Assembly (NCBI GenBank): GCA_963678065.2
Contig: CAXXVZ010000005.1
Span: forward strand, 1,024,001 to 1,088,000
DNA from: Treponemataceae bacterium
GTDB lineage: Bacteria; Spirochaetota; Spirochaetia; Treponematales; Rectinemataceae
Direction of reading: 5' to 3'
DNA: 64,000 nucleotides
Numbering within the stretch: position 1 is the first letter of the stretch; each line of letters opens with the position of its first letter. The notes beneath the pieces were generated by a model, which saw only the letters and a list, made by a program, of their open reading frames with translations, was not told the origin of the DNA and made no database searches. Both the position numbers and the translations under genes were made by a program. Shown one piece after another: positions 49,803-58,968 of this stretch.

Positions 49803-50291
49803 CTATTCCCTCCCGGCGGGTTTTCTGATTTCATCGATCACTGTCACAACCAACTGAAGAGTAAATACCCCCAGTCCTATCGGAATCGTCCATCGCCAAG
49901 GCCAGGCAGGAAAGAATATGGCGCCCATCCATTCTTCCTTCGTGCGGGTGCACTCCACAGCCTTGAGAAATCCCGCCCATGTCACGACACCGAAGAAAAA
50001 GACGGCCATAAGGTTTGTGATGATCGAGAGGATTCTCTGTGTTTTCTTGCTCAATTTCGACGTGACGAGATCGATGGTGATATGGGCCTTTCGCATCTGC
50101 GCATATCCCTGGGAGAAGAAGAGCACTATGATGAGGATGGCTATCGTGGCGTAATATCCGCCGGGAACGCTTCCTACAATCTTTCTTCCTATCGCGTCGG
50201 CGACCATCAAAATCATCATGAAAAAAATTGCCGCACCTGAAATCCAACTCAGAAAGCGACTTATCGCACTAATAATATTCTTTTCTTTCAT
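49803..50291 (-). CDS. dctQ: TRAP transporter small permease
   Basis: 4 TM segments, HITID motif, lies between dctP and dctM. Confidence 0.85.
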   Translation of the reverse strand: MKEKNIISAISRFLSWISGAAIFFMMILMVADAIGRKIVGSVPGGYYATIAILIIVLFFSQGYAQMRKAHITIDLVTSKLSKKTQRILSIITNLMAVFFFGVVTWAGFLKAVECTRTKEEWMGAIFFPAWPWRWTIPIGLGVFTLQLVVTVIDEIRKPAGRE

Positions 50292-50338
50292 ACACCGGTC
50301 CTGTGCTGAACATCATTGAAAAACACAAGTTCGTACCT

Positions 50339-50374
50339 GGCATGGAGCGATGCCGATCGGCATCGCTCCATGCC
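50339..50374. repeat. Perfect 36-bp palindrome between dctP and dctQ
   Basis: ggcatggagcgatgccga|tcggcatcgctccatgcc. Confidence 0.9.
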
Positions 50375-50392
50375 CTCGCGGGGAAAAGAATT

Positions 50393-51472
50393 CTATCTAT
50401 TCCAGGGGTAGCCTTTTTCAGCGGCTTCCTTCTGATATTGGGCGACATATTGCTGATACTGATCCCAGACGGCCTTTGTCGTATTCCCGCTCTTGTCCCA
50501 TTTGGCGAACCATGCCTGGTGCGCCACATCGATCGCGGCGGTGTAGGCTTTGTCCACTTCATCCACCATTTTCACGTACTGCACGCCGAAGGAGGATTTA
50601 GCCTTGCTGACGACCTGCTCTTCCAGCGCCAGCACATTCTTGGTGTACACATCGTTGTACTCTCTGATGAGCTGTTCGATGATCGCTTTCGTCTCCGCAG
50701 TGAATTTGTTCCAGGTATCCTTGTTGATGACCGTGGTCACATCGCCCCCGAGAAGGTTGTCGGAGAAGCGATACCAGTATTTGGCCACCTCACCCAGTTT
50801 CAGTGTATCTGCCCAGGTGACCGTAAAGAGACATCCATCGATGACACCTTTGCTCATGGAGTCGTACACATCGAATGGAGCGATCTGGACGGTTTCCACG
50901 CCGAGTTTCGCCCACGCGGCCGCCTCGTCCGGAGTGGCTGCCCGGATTCTCAATCCCTTCAGGTCCTTCAGCGAATTGACTTTTTTCCTGAGCACCAATA
51001 TCGGGGTGCCAGGGAAATAGCCATGAGTTCCGACGACATTGTGCTTATCCATTTCGGCCTTTATCGCCGCATTGTTCTTGATCATCTCATAGGTGGCCCA
51101 CATTATCGCCCACTGATCCTTTCCGGCGCCTACCATGCTCAGCGTCGACCAATGAGGGTTCTGGGAGACCGTCGTTCCGCCCATCGCGGCGCCCATCGCC
51201 ACCACGCCCTTGCCTACTGATGTAAGAGTGTCGGCCTGGCTGACCAGAGTCCCTCCCCAGTGGATGGTGATCTTGATCTTTCCATTCGTCCGTTTGGTGA
51301 TCTGGTCGCAGAACCACTGATTCGCTTCGGCGAAGGCGCCCTGATTCGGACCGCCGTATGCATACCTCAGATTCATGGGCTCCTGAACCGAAGGAGCTCC
51401 TCCCTGACCTTGTGAAAAAGCACTGACCGCGAATAAAAGGAATAGTCCCACGAGACACGTGATTCTTTTCAT
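50393..51472 (-). CDS. dctP: TRAP transporter substrate-binding protein
   Basis: Signal peptide, RTNGKIKI..HWGGTL, DLKGLRIR, DVYDSMSKGVIDG. Confidence 0.9.
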   Translation of the reverse strand: MKRITCLVGLFLLFAVSAFSQGQGGAPSVQEPMNLRYAYGGPNQGAFAEANQWFCDQITKRTNGKIKITIHWGGTLVSQADTLTSVGKGVVAMGAAMGGTTVSQNPHWSTLSMVGAGKDQWAIMWATYEMIKNNAAIKAEMDKHNVVGTHGYFPGTPILVLRKKVNSLKDLKGLRIRAATPDEAAAWAKLGVETVQIAPFDVYDSMSKGVIDGCLFTVTWADTLKLGEVAKYWYRFSDNLLGGDVTTVINKDTWNKFTAETKAIIEQLIREYNDVYTKNVLALEEQVVSKAKSSFGVQYVKMVDEVDKAYTAAIDVAHQAWFAKWDKSGNTTKAVWDQYQQYVAQYQKEAAEKGYPWNR

Positions 51473-51515
51473 CCTCTCACTCCTTTGAACGTAGCAACGG
51501 CATCGTGTCACTTTG

Positions 51516-51571
51516 AGGTTAGCACCCGATTCCGTATTTGTCAACTATCAGACTATACGTAATCGCACTAT
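51516..51571 (-). promoter_or_regulatory. sigma70 promoter of the TRAP operon with upstream shared operator motif
   Basis: TTGACA(51544-51539)-17-TAACCT with extended TG; 51538-51571 is 25/34 identical to 59665-59698. Confidence 0.7.
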
Positions 51572-51739
51572 TTATTCGTGTGCCATATTCATGCCTTTTC
51601 CATCCCGATCCTCATCGCCTGATTGGTCGAAAACAAACCAGGCGTGAGAAGGATAGACTGTGCAGAGGTGGGAAGAATGGGGAAGGCGGGCAGAGGGAAT
51701 TGGGCTGATCAGAACAAGAAAATCATCGTCATCATTTCA

Positions 51740-52267
51740 CTATTCATCATCGTCGATAGAGTTGAATGCGGCGTTGTCTATTTGGGCGAGCAGGTGCTTC
51801 CGGACCATCCTCATTATCGCGCTGATCTCTTCCATTTGTTCCTTGGAAAACGCCGGCATCGCCGTATTGATCGTTTCTATCGTGTTGGGAAGACTCTCCC
51901 TGATCGAGTCGAGTCCCTTTTTCGTGATAATGACCCTGCGGGTTCTCCGATCCTTCCCGATGGACTCTCTCGTCACCATACCGTCCCTGTCCAGGCCGTC
52001 GATCACCTTGGTTATGGTCTGCTTCGTCCTGAATGTCATCTTCCCCAAATCCGACGGTTTCAGAATCCCGCCATGGGCTATCAGCGTATGCATAATGTCG
52101 AGACGGCTTCGATTCTGCCCGTATTTGCGGGCTCTGATATCGATGTATTTGTCCATCAGAAGTCCCGTATAAAGAACTTCCAGGCCGGTATTGTACCTCA
52201 GGTCGGTCGCCATGGCTTTGATATCATCGGAAAGTAAACCAAGCGTAGTATCGCTTTTTTTCGTCAT
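51740..52267 (-). CDS. MarR-family transcriptional regulator
   Basis: TITKVIDGL...G.V.R....DRR....IT.KG. Confidence 0.9.
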   Translation of the reverse strand: MTKKSDTTLGLLSDDIKAMATDLRYNTGLEVLYTGLLMDKYIDIRARKYGQNRSRLDIMHTLIAHGGILKPSDLGKMTFRTKQTITKVIDGLDRDGMVTRESIGKDRRTRRVIITKKGLDSIRESLPNTIETINTAMPAFSKEQMEEISAIMRMVRKHLLAQIDNAAFNSIDDDE

Positions 52268-52477
52268 AGTAATACTCCCTTTGCGGATATATCGAAACGC
52301 CCATCACCCGGCACAGGATGATTCGCATTCGAATATAATACTGAAATTACCGCTTGATTGGTAGTATGCCCCGATCCGATATCGGGATGACTATGACAGA
52401 GAGATGATCCGCCAAAGCCGGGAGATCCGGGCGTCATAGAGCGAAAAAAGAATCCCTTCATCGTTCCGGCCGGAGTG

Positions 52478-52876
52478 TCAGATTCGCTGTATCAACTCGA
52501 CCAGAATGCCTGCGGTGGAACTCGGATGGACGAAGGCAACCAACGATGATCCGATGGAGGCGGGCTTTCCTTGCACCAGACGGACGCCCTTTTCCTCCAG
52601 GGACTTCAGCTCCTGATCGATATCATCCACGCGGAAAGAGACATGATGCATGCCCCCTCCTTTCTGGTCGAGGAATTTTGCGATGCTCCCTGTCGGACCT
52701 ACCGGCTCGATCAGCTCGAGTTTCGTTTCACCCGCGGAAATTATGGTCGTATTGAAATCTCCCTGGGGTGAAGCGACGCTTCCCGACACCTGGAACCCGA
52801 ATGTTCCGGACAAAGTTTCGATGACCTGCGCGGCATTTTTCACGACGATACCGATATGATCTATCTGCTGCACCAT
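52478..52876 (-). CDS. mce: Methylmalonyl-CoA epimerase-like VOC protein
   Basis: IDHIGIVV, LELIEP, GGMHHVSF.VDDI, AFVHP...GILVEL. Confidence 0.8.
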   Translation of the reverse strand: MVQQIDHIGIVVKNAAQVIETLSGTFGFQVSGSVASPQGDFNTTIISAGETKLELIEPVGPTGSIAKFLDQKGGGMHHVSFRVDDIDQELKSLEEKGVRLVQGKPASIGSSLVAFVHPSSTAGILVELIQRI

Positions 52877-52890
52877 TTTACGCCCCTTCC

Positions 52891-54036
52891 TCAGACCTTC
52901 AGTATGTGTACGGCGCAGGCGCCGCATTCCAGATTCGCGACCTCGCCGCCCATGGTCTGGGCAAGGCCTATCTTCGCTCCCTCGACTTGACGTTGGCCGG
53001 CCTCGCCCCTCAGGTGCCACACGATTTCCGCGATCTGCTCGATGCCCGTGGCGCTCACCGGGTGGCCGCGGGAGAGCAGGCCGCCGCTCGGGTTCACCGG
53101 TATGCGGCCGCCTATCTCGGTTTCACCCCTGTCGACGAGGGCTCCGCCTTCGCCGGCTTTGCAGAAGCCGAGTTCCTCGTAATGGCTTAGTTCTGAATAG
53201 GTGAAAGCGTCGTGGCATTCGCAGACATCGATGTCCCCGGGACCGCAGTCCGCCATCTCGTAGGCTTCGTTCGCACATTCCCTCGTCAGATCGGAGGAAG
53301 CCATATCGGTCCAGCGGAATGCGTAGTCGCCCATCTTCAGCACGGACGCGGCCACCCTGACGGGTTTGGCGCTGAATTTTTTGGCAACATCCATCGAGCA
53401 AAGGATCACCGCCGCGGCTCCATCCGTATTCGGGCAGCACTGCAAAAGCGTTATGGGATCGCAGATCATCCGGGAATTGAGTATCTCATCCAGCGAAAGG
53501 GCCTTTTTGTATTGGGAATACGGATTCAGGCAACCATTCCTGTGATTCTTCACCGATATCCTTGCGAACTGCCCGATCGTCGTTCCGTACAAGTGCATGT
53601 GCCTTTTCATGCCCATGGCGAAGTGCGCTGGCATATTCATCCCCAATTGTCCCGCGAGATCGCCTTCTTCGGGCGGAATCAGTTTCCCGGCTATAGGACT
53701 CGTGGTCATCGATTCAGCGCCGATGGCGATTCCCACATCGTAGAGTCCGGAAGCGATCGCGTACCACGCCGCCCTGAACGCGGAGGCGCCTCCCGCGCAG
53801 GCATTTTCCATATTGTTGACTTCGATCTTCGAAATTCCGACGTCTTCCAGTATCCTCTGCCCTAATACAGCTCCCCCGAATACGGTGGAGCTGTAGGCGC
53901 ACTGGATGCTCCTGCGATCCATCGTCGCGTCCCGAAGCGCTTCGGTGACAGCCTTGCTTGCCATGTCGACCACGCGCACTTTCGGGAATTTTCCGAAGGC
54001 AGTGGTACCGACACCGATGATGGCGACCTCTCTCAT
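52891..54036 (-). CDS. SCP2-type thiolase
   Basis: ENACAGG, KNH.NG..NP, DGAAA, HDAFT, NPSGGLL.RGHP. Confidence 0.9.
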   Translation of the reverse strand: MREVAIIGVGTTAFGKFPKVRVVDMASKAVTEALRDATMDRRSIQCAYSSTVFGGAVLGQRILEDVGISKIEVNNMENACAGGASAFRAAWYAIASGLYDVGIAIGAESMTTSPIAGKLIPPEEGDLAGQLGMNMPAHFAMGMKRHMHLYGTTIGQFARISVKNHRNGCLNPYSQYKKALSLDEILNSRMICDPITLLQCCPNTDGAAAVILCSMDVAKKFSAKPVRVAASVLKMGDYAFRWTDMASSDLTRECANEAYEMADCGPGDIDVCECHDAFTYSELSHYEELGFCKAGEGGALVDRGETEIGGRIPVNPSGGLLSRGHPVSATGIEQIAEIVWHLRGEAGQRQVEGAKIGLAQTMGGEVANLECGACAVHILKV

Positions 54037-54039
54037 CTT

Positions 54040-54459
54040 TTATTCCTTTTCATTCGTTGGGCGGGGTTCATGGTTCGGCTCGAAGATGTACCCGAAAACT
54101 TCTTTGCCATTCTCCTCCCAAAGAGTGCCGGTAACCATTTTCATTTTCATCCCGATCCGCAGCCCTTCGTTTCCCCAACCTCTGATCTGTCCGAATACCC
54201 GAAGACCTTCCGGAAACTCAACCCATCCTATCGCGTAGGGTGCTGCATAATGTGCCGAAGGCATATTCACGACAGTGTAGGTGTACAGTGTCCCCGTACC
54301 GGAAACCTTGACCGGCATAAGTTCCGCGCCGTGGCATTCGAGGCAGAATGTCCTCTTCGGGAAAAAGAGCTTCCCGCAGGACGCGCACCTGCTGGCCAGA
54401 AGTTCGCAATCTTTCGCTCCCTCATCCATCAACCCCTGTGCGAGAGCTACTCTTTCCAT
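54040..54459 (-). CDS. Zn-ribbon/OB-fold protein (DUF35), thiolase partner
   Basis: CASCG..FFP....CLEC, GTLYTYTVV, PYAIG.V. Confidence 0.9.
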   Translation of the reverse strand: MERVALAQGLMDEGAKDCELLASRCASCGKLFFPKRTFCLECHGAELMPVKVSGTGTLYTYTVVNMPSAHYAAPYAIGWVEFPEGLRVFGQIRGWGNEGLRIGMKMKMVTGTLWEENGKEVFGYIFEPNHEPRPTNEKE

Positions 54460-54473
54460 ATTCCTTCACTCCC

Positions 54474-55328
54474 TCATTTGTACTTGTATACGCCGCGGCC
54501 CGATTTTTTCCCGAAGTATCCGGCAACCACCAACTGTTTCAGCAAGGGACTAGGCCGATACTTGTCCCCTCTCTCCGCGCAGATGTATTCCGAGCTGTTG
54601 AGGATGACGTCGAGGCCGGCGAAATCGGCGAGCTCCAGCGGCCCCAAGGGATGCCCGAGGACCAGCTTGAATTCTTTGTCGATATCCTCGGCGGTGGCGA
54701 TGCCCTCCTGCAGCACGTTGAAGGCTTCGTTTATGTACATGCACATGATCCTCGTGCCGGCAAAGCCCGGGGAATCCTTCGTGACCCAGTATTCCTTGCC
54801 GATGAGGGTCAGGAACCTTTTCGTGGATTCCAAAATCTCATCCGATGTCTCAAGGCCAGTGATGATCGCCACGCCCTTCATGATCGGCACCGGATTCGTG
54901 AAATGCATGCCGATGACCTTGTCTCTTCTCCCCGTGGAGGAGGCGAGCGCGGTTATGCTGATGCCGGAGGTGCAGGAACCCAGAATCACTTCCGCTTCGC
55001 AGAGTTCGTCGAGTTTCTTGAAAACCCCTCGCTTGAGTCCGATTTCTTCGGGAACGGCCTCTATCACCATATCGATGTCGCTCAACGCAGAAGGAAAATC
55101 GAGGGTCTCCGTGATATTCGCCAAAGCCGATTTTTCCTGAAGTTCCGTTATCCTGTTCTTTTCCCGCATGAGTTTCAGGCTTTTCGCAATTTTCCCCATG
55201 CCGTCGCGGAGCATCTTCTCACTCACGTCCAGAAGGTTGACCGATATCCCATGCATCGCGGCGACCTGCGCTATCCCGCCCCCCATGGTGCCGGCTCCGA
55301 TGACTGCCAGTTTTTTCACTTCATCCAT
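54474..55328 (-). CDS. 3-hydroxyacyl-CoA dehydrogenase
   Basis: GAGTMGGGIA, IEAVPE, GMHFTNP, PLGPLEL.D..GLD, GKKSGRG. Confidence 0.92.
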   Translation of the reverse strand: MDEVKKLAVIGAGTMGGGIAQVAAMHGISVNLLDVSEKMLRDGMGKIAKSLKLMREKNRITELQEKSALANITETLDFPSALSDIDMVIEAVPEEIGLKRGVFKKLDELCEAEVILGSCTSGISITALASSTGRRDKVIGMHFTNPVPIMKGVAIITGLETSDEILESTKRFLTLIGKEYWVTKDSPGFAGTRIMCMYINEAFNVLQEGIATAEDIDKEFKLVLGHPLGPLELADFAGLDVILNSSEYICAERGDKYRPSPLLKQLVVAGYFGKKSGRGVYKYK

Positions 55329-55381
55329 TGGATTACCTCTTTTGCATTTTTCAATGCCGCAATGCTTTCGAGCCATGCGCC

Positions 55382-56617
55382 CTAGATCACATCGTCTCTT
55401 TTCAACCTTTCTATTTCTTCCCGGGAAAGACCGAGAATCTCATGGTAGACATGCTCGTTGCCTTCGCCCAACATCGTCGCGTAGGTCACGGCAGGCTTCG
55501 ATTTGGACATCCTGAAGGCAGGCCCATGGAACAGGGATGTCTTTCCCATCGCGGGATGCTCGATCTCCTGGAAGAAATCGTAGTGGGCATACTGGGGATC
55601 CCGAGCCTGATCGCTCGCGTTCGCCACGATGCCGGCGGAAACTCCGGCACCCTGCAGCAATTCCATGACTTCATGCGCCGTATGGGTGATCGTCCACTCC
55701 CCCAGCAATCTATCCAGCTCGTCTTCGTTTTGCTTTCTCCCCGAAAGGCTGGAAAACCTGGATTCCCCCGCCCAGGGAGGGCTTCCCATGACTTCGCGCA
55801 AACGCTCCCATTCGGCATCGGTGAAGACAGCTATGGCGCACCACCTGTCATCGCCGAGGCATCGGTAGACACCATGCGGAGCGGCGTTCTCCTTCCTGTT
55901 GCCGTTGATGGTCAGTTCCCTGTCGTTGATCGCGTAATCGAGGATCAGTGGCGCGAGTATCTGGATGCTCGCCTCGTGCTGGGATATGTCGAGACACTGG
56001 CCTTCGCCGGTTCTCTCCCGGTAGTCGAGCGCCGCGATCAGCGCAGGAATGCAGAACAAGGGAGCCAGGTGATCCGTGAAGGGTTGGGCGTCGAAGCCGC
56101 AGGCTGTCCTGTCCGGCCAACCCATCAGGCTGTTGAATCCGGAGAGCGATGTCAGCTGGTTCCCGAATCCCGGCTGCCGCGCCAGAGGGCCAGTCTGGCC
56201 GTGCACGCAGGTGCGCAACATTATGATATCGGCATTGATTTTCCTGAGGTCTTCATAGCCCAGGCCCCACTTCTCCATGGTCTGGCCCACGAAGCTCTCG
56301 ACCACGATATCCGACCAGGAGGCCAATCTTTTCGCGATCCCGATTCCTTCGGGCTTGTTGAGGTTGAGCGTGATCCCATGCTTCCTGGAAGGATTGGAAT
56401 AGGCGAAATACGCAGAGTGCTCGAGATCCGCCACGCCGTCTTTGTGGGGTCCTATCGTCCTGCAGCCGTCGGGCCTGTTCCGGGATTCGACCTTTATCAC
56501 GTCGGCGCCAAAATAGGAGAGATAGTTGACGGTGAATGGTCCCGCACCGTACATCGTGAAATCGAGTATCTTTATTCCTTCGAAAGGTTTCGTATCCATA
56601 TTCGCGGCGTTTTTCAT
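55382..56617 (-). CDS. Family III CoA-transferase, probable catalytic (BbsF-like) subunit
   Basis: GADVIKVES, VVESF, G.TGP, PFTD (Asp at the catalytic position), TGEGQ..DIS. Confidence 0.88.
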   Translation of the reverse strand: MKNAANMDTKPFEGIKILDFTMYGAGPFTVNYLSYFGADVIKVESRNRPDGCRTIGPHKDGVADLEHSAYFAYSNPSRKHGITLNLNKPEGIGIAKRLASWSDIVVESFVGQTMEKWGLGYEDLRKINADIIMLRTCVHGQTGPLARQPGFGNQLTSLSGFNSLMGWPDRTACGFDAQPFTDHLAPLFCIPALIAALDYRERTGEGQCLDISQHEASIQILAPLILDYAINDRELTINGNRKENAAPHGVYRCLGDDRWCAIAVFTDAEWERLREVMGSPPWAGESRFSSLSGRKQNEDELDRLLGEWTITHTAHEVMELLQGAGVSAGIVANASDQARDPQYAHYDFFQEIEHPAMGKTSLFHGPAFRMSKSKPAVTYATMLGEGNEHVYHEILGLSREEIERLKRDDVI

Positions 56618-57874
56618 CTAGATGACCCCCGCCTTTTTCAGGTCTTCCAGCATGTCTTCGGACAAGCCAAGCTCCCCGATGAACACTTCGGAATTCTGTT
56701 CCCCGATCAGGGGAGGCCGCAGCCCGGTCCGGCATTCAGGACCGCTGGTTTTAAAGAAGGCGCCTGGATAGGAGATGGTGTCATTGAGCTCGGGATGTTC
56801 GGTCCTGACCCAGAAACCCCTGCTCTGCAGCTGGGGAAACTCCACGATATCCTTGGGGGTGAAGATCGGGTAAAGGATGATGTCCCTCTTCACCGCGCCT
56901 TCGAGCAGCTCCTTTTTGGTCTTCGTCCTGAAAAATTCCGCGAAACCTTGGGTCCATCGGTGGATCCGGCTCTCGTCCAGGTTCCCCCAATCCCGGACGT
57001 AGGAATCCGTGTCCCCGAACCCTCGCGGATCGATCCCGTCGCCCTCCATCCATTCGGCGAGCCCCCGATTCGACCCGACCCGGAGAGGGCCGAAAAACGG
57101 AAAGAAGGTTATGGCGCCGTCCTTGCAGGAGTAGATGACGGGAATCGAGATGTTCTTCAGCGCGTTGAGCCAGTTGGGGCCCGATCGCCTCAACAGGATC
57201 TTTTCGAATTCCCAGAGCCCCTGGTATTCCGGACCTGTCGCCCAGAAAAGCGCCATGTGTGCCGACACATCGATATATTGTCCCTCTCCCGTCTTCGTCC
57301 GGTGAAAGAGCGCGACCATCGTGCCGATCGCGCCCTGGAGAGCGGCGAAAGCGGGGGTGATCGGAAAAGAAGGGCAGAGAGGCGGACGATCCGTATCCCC
57401 GTATATGTACTGATTGCCGGACATGGCCCACAGAACGAGGTCGCAGGCCTTGTACTCCCTGTAGGGCCCAGTCTGACCGAACCCCGTTATGGATGTCATG
57501 ATCAGTGAGGGATTCACTTCAGAAAGATGGGGATAGTCGAGCCCCAGACTCTCCAGGTATCCCGGATCGAAGGATTCGATTACGATGTCGGCTTCGGACA
57601 CCAGCTTTTTGAAGAGCTTCGCGCCCTCTTCTTTTTCGATATCGAGGGTCACGCTTTTCTTGTTCGAGTTGTATCCCCACCAATAGAGGCTCTTTTCCGG
57701 ATCGGCGACATCGTGATAATAAGGAGGGGTGTTTCGGCCCTCGTCCCCTTTCGGCCTCTCGACCTTGATCACGTCGGCGCCGAGATCGCCCAGGATCTTT
57801 CCGCAGAGATAGCCCCGCTCGTTCGAAAGATCCAACACCCTGTAGGGACTCAACATCCCAGCACTATTCCGCAT
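56618..57874 (-). CDS. Family III CoA-transferase, probable non-catalytic (BbsE-like) subunit
   Basis: LGADVIKVE.P.GD, NKKSVTLD, ITGFGQTGPY; no Asp at the equivalent position (FPITPAFA). Confidence 0.85.
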   Translation of the reverse strand: MRNSAGMLSPYRVLDLSNERGYLCGKILGDLGADVIKVERPKGDEGRNTPPYYHDVADPEKSLYWWGYNSNKKSVTLDIEKEEGAKLFKKLVSEADIVIESFDPGYLESLGLDYPHLSEVNPSLIMTSITGFGQTGPYREYKACDLVLWAMSGNQYIYGDTDRPPLCPSFPITPAFAALQGAIGTMVALFHRTKTGEGQYIDVSAHMALFWATGPEYQGLWEFEKILLRRSGPNWLNALKNISIPVIYSCKDGAITFFPFFGPLRVGSNRGLAEWMEGDGIDPRGFGDTDSYVRDWGNLDESRIHRWTQGFAEFFRTKTKKELLEGAVKRDIILYPIFTPKDIVEFPQLQSRGFWVRTEHPELNDTISYPGAFFKTSGPECRTGLRPPLIGEQNSEVFIGELGLSEDMLEDLKKAGVI

Positions 57875-57913
57875 GGCGACGATCCTGAGATATCTCTCGA
57901 GCCGACCCGGACC

Positions 57914-58951
57914 TCACACACATATCGGATATACCCCGAACTCCCGAATCGCCCCGATCATCTCCAGGTAGTTCTGCGGCTTTACGGCGGAATGGATGGT
58001 ATTGCTCGACATGCATATATAGCCGCCCCCCTTGGCTCCCTGCCTCATGCATCTCCTCACGTCCTCGCGGACCGCTTCGGCCGAGCCCCAGCACAGCGTC
58101 TCGGCGCAGTCGACATTTCCCATGAGGGTGAGTCTTTCGCCGTATTTTTCCTTCATGAGACCAAGATCCATGCCGGCGTTGGGGTCAATCGGATGCAGGC
58201 CGTCGATGCCTGATTCCAGAAGGAGATCCATGATCGGCATGACATTCCCGTCCGTATGCTTGAACACGTAGGCGCCCTTGCTCTTGGCTTCGGTGGTCAG
58301 CGCCTTCAGGACCGGTATGACATGGCGCGAGAAACATCGATTCGAAAGCATCGGCCATTTTGTGGTCGCGTAATCGCCCGTGATGAAGATGATATCCGCC
58401 CCTGTCGCCATGCAGTTGTCGATATATTTCAGGTAATAGCCCCGCAGAAGCTCACCGATGCGGTCAACGAGCGGGGGATTCAGAATAAAATCTTTGTAGT
58501 AGTTTTCGGCCCCGCGCATCGTGCTGGCGATATCGAAAGGATCCTGAAACGCAACGATTATCGCCTTTCGACCCTTGTATCTGTCGACAATGTCCGCCAA
58601 TTGCCTGTAGCGCTTCGGATCATCGGGATCGGGGAGAACCCATGTGTCCAGGTCTTTTTCCGACTTTATCGGACCTTCCACCGGATGAATCGAATCGGAA
58701 GAGGTCTGCCAGACGACGCCCCATTTATTCCGGAACCTGCTCGAATCGAGCATCTCGGCCATATCGTTCTGGGGCATATCGTCCACGACGATGGCATCCA
58801 GGTCGAGCGCTTCGACTACATCGAAATAGCTGGCTCCAGGCTTTATGAAGTCTCTCACTTTTTGATGAATGTACAGTTCGAAATGAGGAACCCTGTCCGG
58901 CTCCTTGTGCCGCAATGTCGTCAGTACTCGTTCCAGACCAGAAAGCTCCAT
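57914..58951 (-). CDS. UroD/MtaA-CmuA-family (corrinoid methyltransferase-type) TIM-barrel protein
   Basis: EPDRVP, MRG.EN, GD, KHTDGN, GNVD, GGGYI..SSN.I. Confidence 0.85.
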   Translation of the reverse strand: MELSGLERVLTTLRHKEPDRVPHFELYIHQKVRDFIKPGASYFDVVEALDLDAIVVDDMPQNDMAEMLDSSRFRNKWGVVWQTSSDSIHPVEGPIKSEKDLDTWVLPDPDDPKRYRQLADIVDRYKGRKAIIVAFQDPFDIASTMRGAENYYKDFILNPPLVDRIGELLRGYYLKYIDNCMATGADIIFITGDYATTKWPMLSNRCFSRHVIPVLKALTTEAKSKGAYVFKHTDGNVMPIMDLLLESGIDGLHPIDPNAGMDLGLMKEKYGERLTLMGNVDCAETLCWGSAEAVREDVRRCMRQGAKGGGYICMSSNTIHSAVKPQNYLEMIGAIREFGVYPICV

Positions 58952-58968
58952 CGCACTACCCTCCCCGG

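Noticed and set aside
51581..51596. Possible sigma54 promoter (minus strand AGGCATGAATATGGCA, GG-N10-GC)
   Set aside because: Poor match at -12, no enhancer-binding protein nearby, and a good sigma70 promoter explains the region
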